Of a stretch of DNA of 64,000 nt, positions 62,265 through 64,000 are shown in pieces; position 1 is the first letter of the stretch; each line of letters starts with the position of its first letter. The stretch comes from Hypanus sabinus (Eukaryota), in contig NC_082730.1 in the NCBI RefSeq assembly GCF_030144855.1, positions 4,092,001 through 4,156,000 of the forward strand, written 5' to 3'. Under the pieces are notes generated by a model. It ran no database searches, was not told the origin of the DNA, and worked only from the letters and a program-made list of their open reading frames with translations. The position numbers were made by a program, and so were the translations under genes.

Positions 62265-64000
62265 TAAGGTGAATGAGCTTAGAGCATGGACTGGGACAAT
62301 TTGTTTTATGGGAAGGATGTAATACAGAAATGGAGGTTATTTAAAGGTGAACTTTTAAGGATATAGAATCTTTATGTTCCTGTTACGTTGAAAGGAAAGG
62401 TTAAAAGTTTGAGAGAGCCATGGTTTTCAAGGGATATTGGAAACTTGGTTAGGAAAAAGAGAGAGATCTACAATAAAGATGGGCAGCATGGAGTAAATAA
62501 GGTGCTTGAGGAATATAAAGAATGGAAAAGGAATCTTCAGAAAGAAATTAGAAAAGCTAAAAGAAGTTATGAGGACGCTTTGATAGGAAAGGTGAAAATA
62601 AATCCAAAGGGTTTCTACAGTTATATTAATAGCAAATGAATAGTGAGGGATAAAATTGGTCCCTTAGAGAATCAGAGTGGACAGTTATGTGTGGAGCCAA
62701 AAGAGATGGGGGAGTTTTTGAACAATTTCTTTTCTTTGGTATTCACTAAGTAGAAGGATATTGAATTGTGTAAGGTAAGGGAAACAAGTAGGGTGGTTAT
62801 GGAAACTATGATGATTAAAGAAGAGGAAGTACTGGTGCTTTTAAAGAATATGAAAGTGGATAAGTCTCCAGGTCCTGACAGGATATCCACAGGACCTTGA
62901 GGGAAGTTAATGTAGAAATAGCAGGGGCTCTGACAGAAATATTTCAAACGTCATTATAAATGGGGATGGTGCCAGAGGATTGGCATATTGCTCATGTTGT
63001 TCCATTGTTTTAAAAGGGTTCTAAGAGTAAACCTAGCAAGTAAGTTTTACATCAGTGGTGGGTAAATTAATGGAAATTATTCTTAGAGATGGTATATATA
63101 ATTATCTGAATAGACAGGGTCTGATTACAAACAGTCAACATGAACTTGTGTGTGGAATGTCATGTTTGACAAATCTTATTGAATTTTTTGAAGAGGTTGC
63201 AAGGAAAGTTGATGATGGTAAAGCAGTGGATGTTTTCTATATGGACTTCAGTAAGGCCTTTGACAAGGTTCCGCACGGAAGGTTAGTTAAGAAAGTTCAA
63301 TCGCTAGGTAGTAATATTGAAGTAGTGGAATGGATTCAACAGTGGCTAGATGGGAGATGCCAGAGAGTAGTGGTGGATAACTGTTTGTCAGGTTGGAGGC
63401 CAGTGACTATTGGTGTACCTCCAGGATCTGTATTGGGTCCAAAGTTGTTTGTCATATACATTAATAATCTGGATGATGGGGTGGTATATTGGATTAGTAA
63501 GTATGCAAATGATAATAAGATAGGTGGCGTTGTGGATAATGAAGTAGGTTTTCAAAGCTTGCAGAGAGATTTAGGCCAGTTAGAAGGGTGGGCTGAAGTA
63601 TGGCAGATGGAGTTTAATGCTGATAAGTGTGAGGTGCTTCATTTTGGTAGGACTAATCAAAATAGGACATACATGGTAAATGGTAGGGCATTGAGGAATG
63701 CAGTAGAACAGTGTGATCTAGGAATAATGGTGCATAGTTCCTTGAAGGTGGAATCTCATGTGGATACGGTGGTGAAGAAAGCTTTTGGTATGCTGGCCTT
63801 TATAAATCAGAGCACTGAGTATAGGAGTTGGGATGTAATGTTAAAATTGTACAAGGCATTGATGAGGCCAAATTTGGAGTATTGTGTACAGTTCTGGTCG
63901 CTGAATTATAGGAAAGATGACAACAAAATAGAGAGAGTACAGAGGAGATTTACGACAATGTTACCTGGGTTTCAGCACCTAAGTTACAGAGAAAGGTTGA
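62265..64000 (+). mobile_element. 5'-truncated CR1 LINE running off the window
   Basis: [20 protein letters not shown] and GVPPGSVLGP remnants with stops. Confidence 0.9.

Overview
Vertebrate genomic DNA, dominated by decayed CR1, L1, Rex1/Rex-Babar, Penelope, Tc1 and Tigger-like elements. The repeat repertoire suggests a cartilaginous fish (inference, not verified). There are no prokaryotic features and no CRISPR. The host content is a tandem array of a CD2/SLAM-family-like immunoglobulin receptor on the + strand: a Cys-less IgV exon, a SLAM-type C2 exon, a TM exon and cytoplasmic exons. Copy B has all coding exons in the window: probable leader 15965-16019, V 32877-33197, C2 36991-37278, TM 39480-39629, cytoplasmic 39772-39860 and 41565-41687. 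It has a neutral TM, an ITIM (IIYTDL) and an ITSM (TEYAAV), but carries a CAG>TAG stop in the C2 exon. Copy A has its V exon just left of the window, with C2 2206-2493, TM 3687-3836 and cytoplasmic 4000-4238. It has an Arg in the outer TM, the ITIM Tyr changed to Asp, and no ITSM exon found. This is the signature of an activating/inhibitory paired-receptor system, with a near-identical ectodomain region and a much more diverged signalling module. A second duplication (about 23283-31140 vs 52078-62230) predicts a third paralog beyond the right edge. All splice models and divergence counts were made by hand from the sequence, and TE boundaries are approximate.
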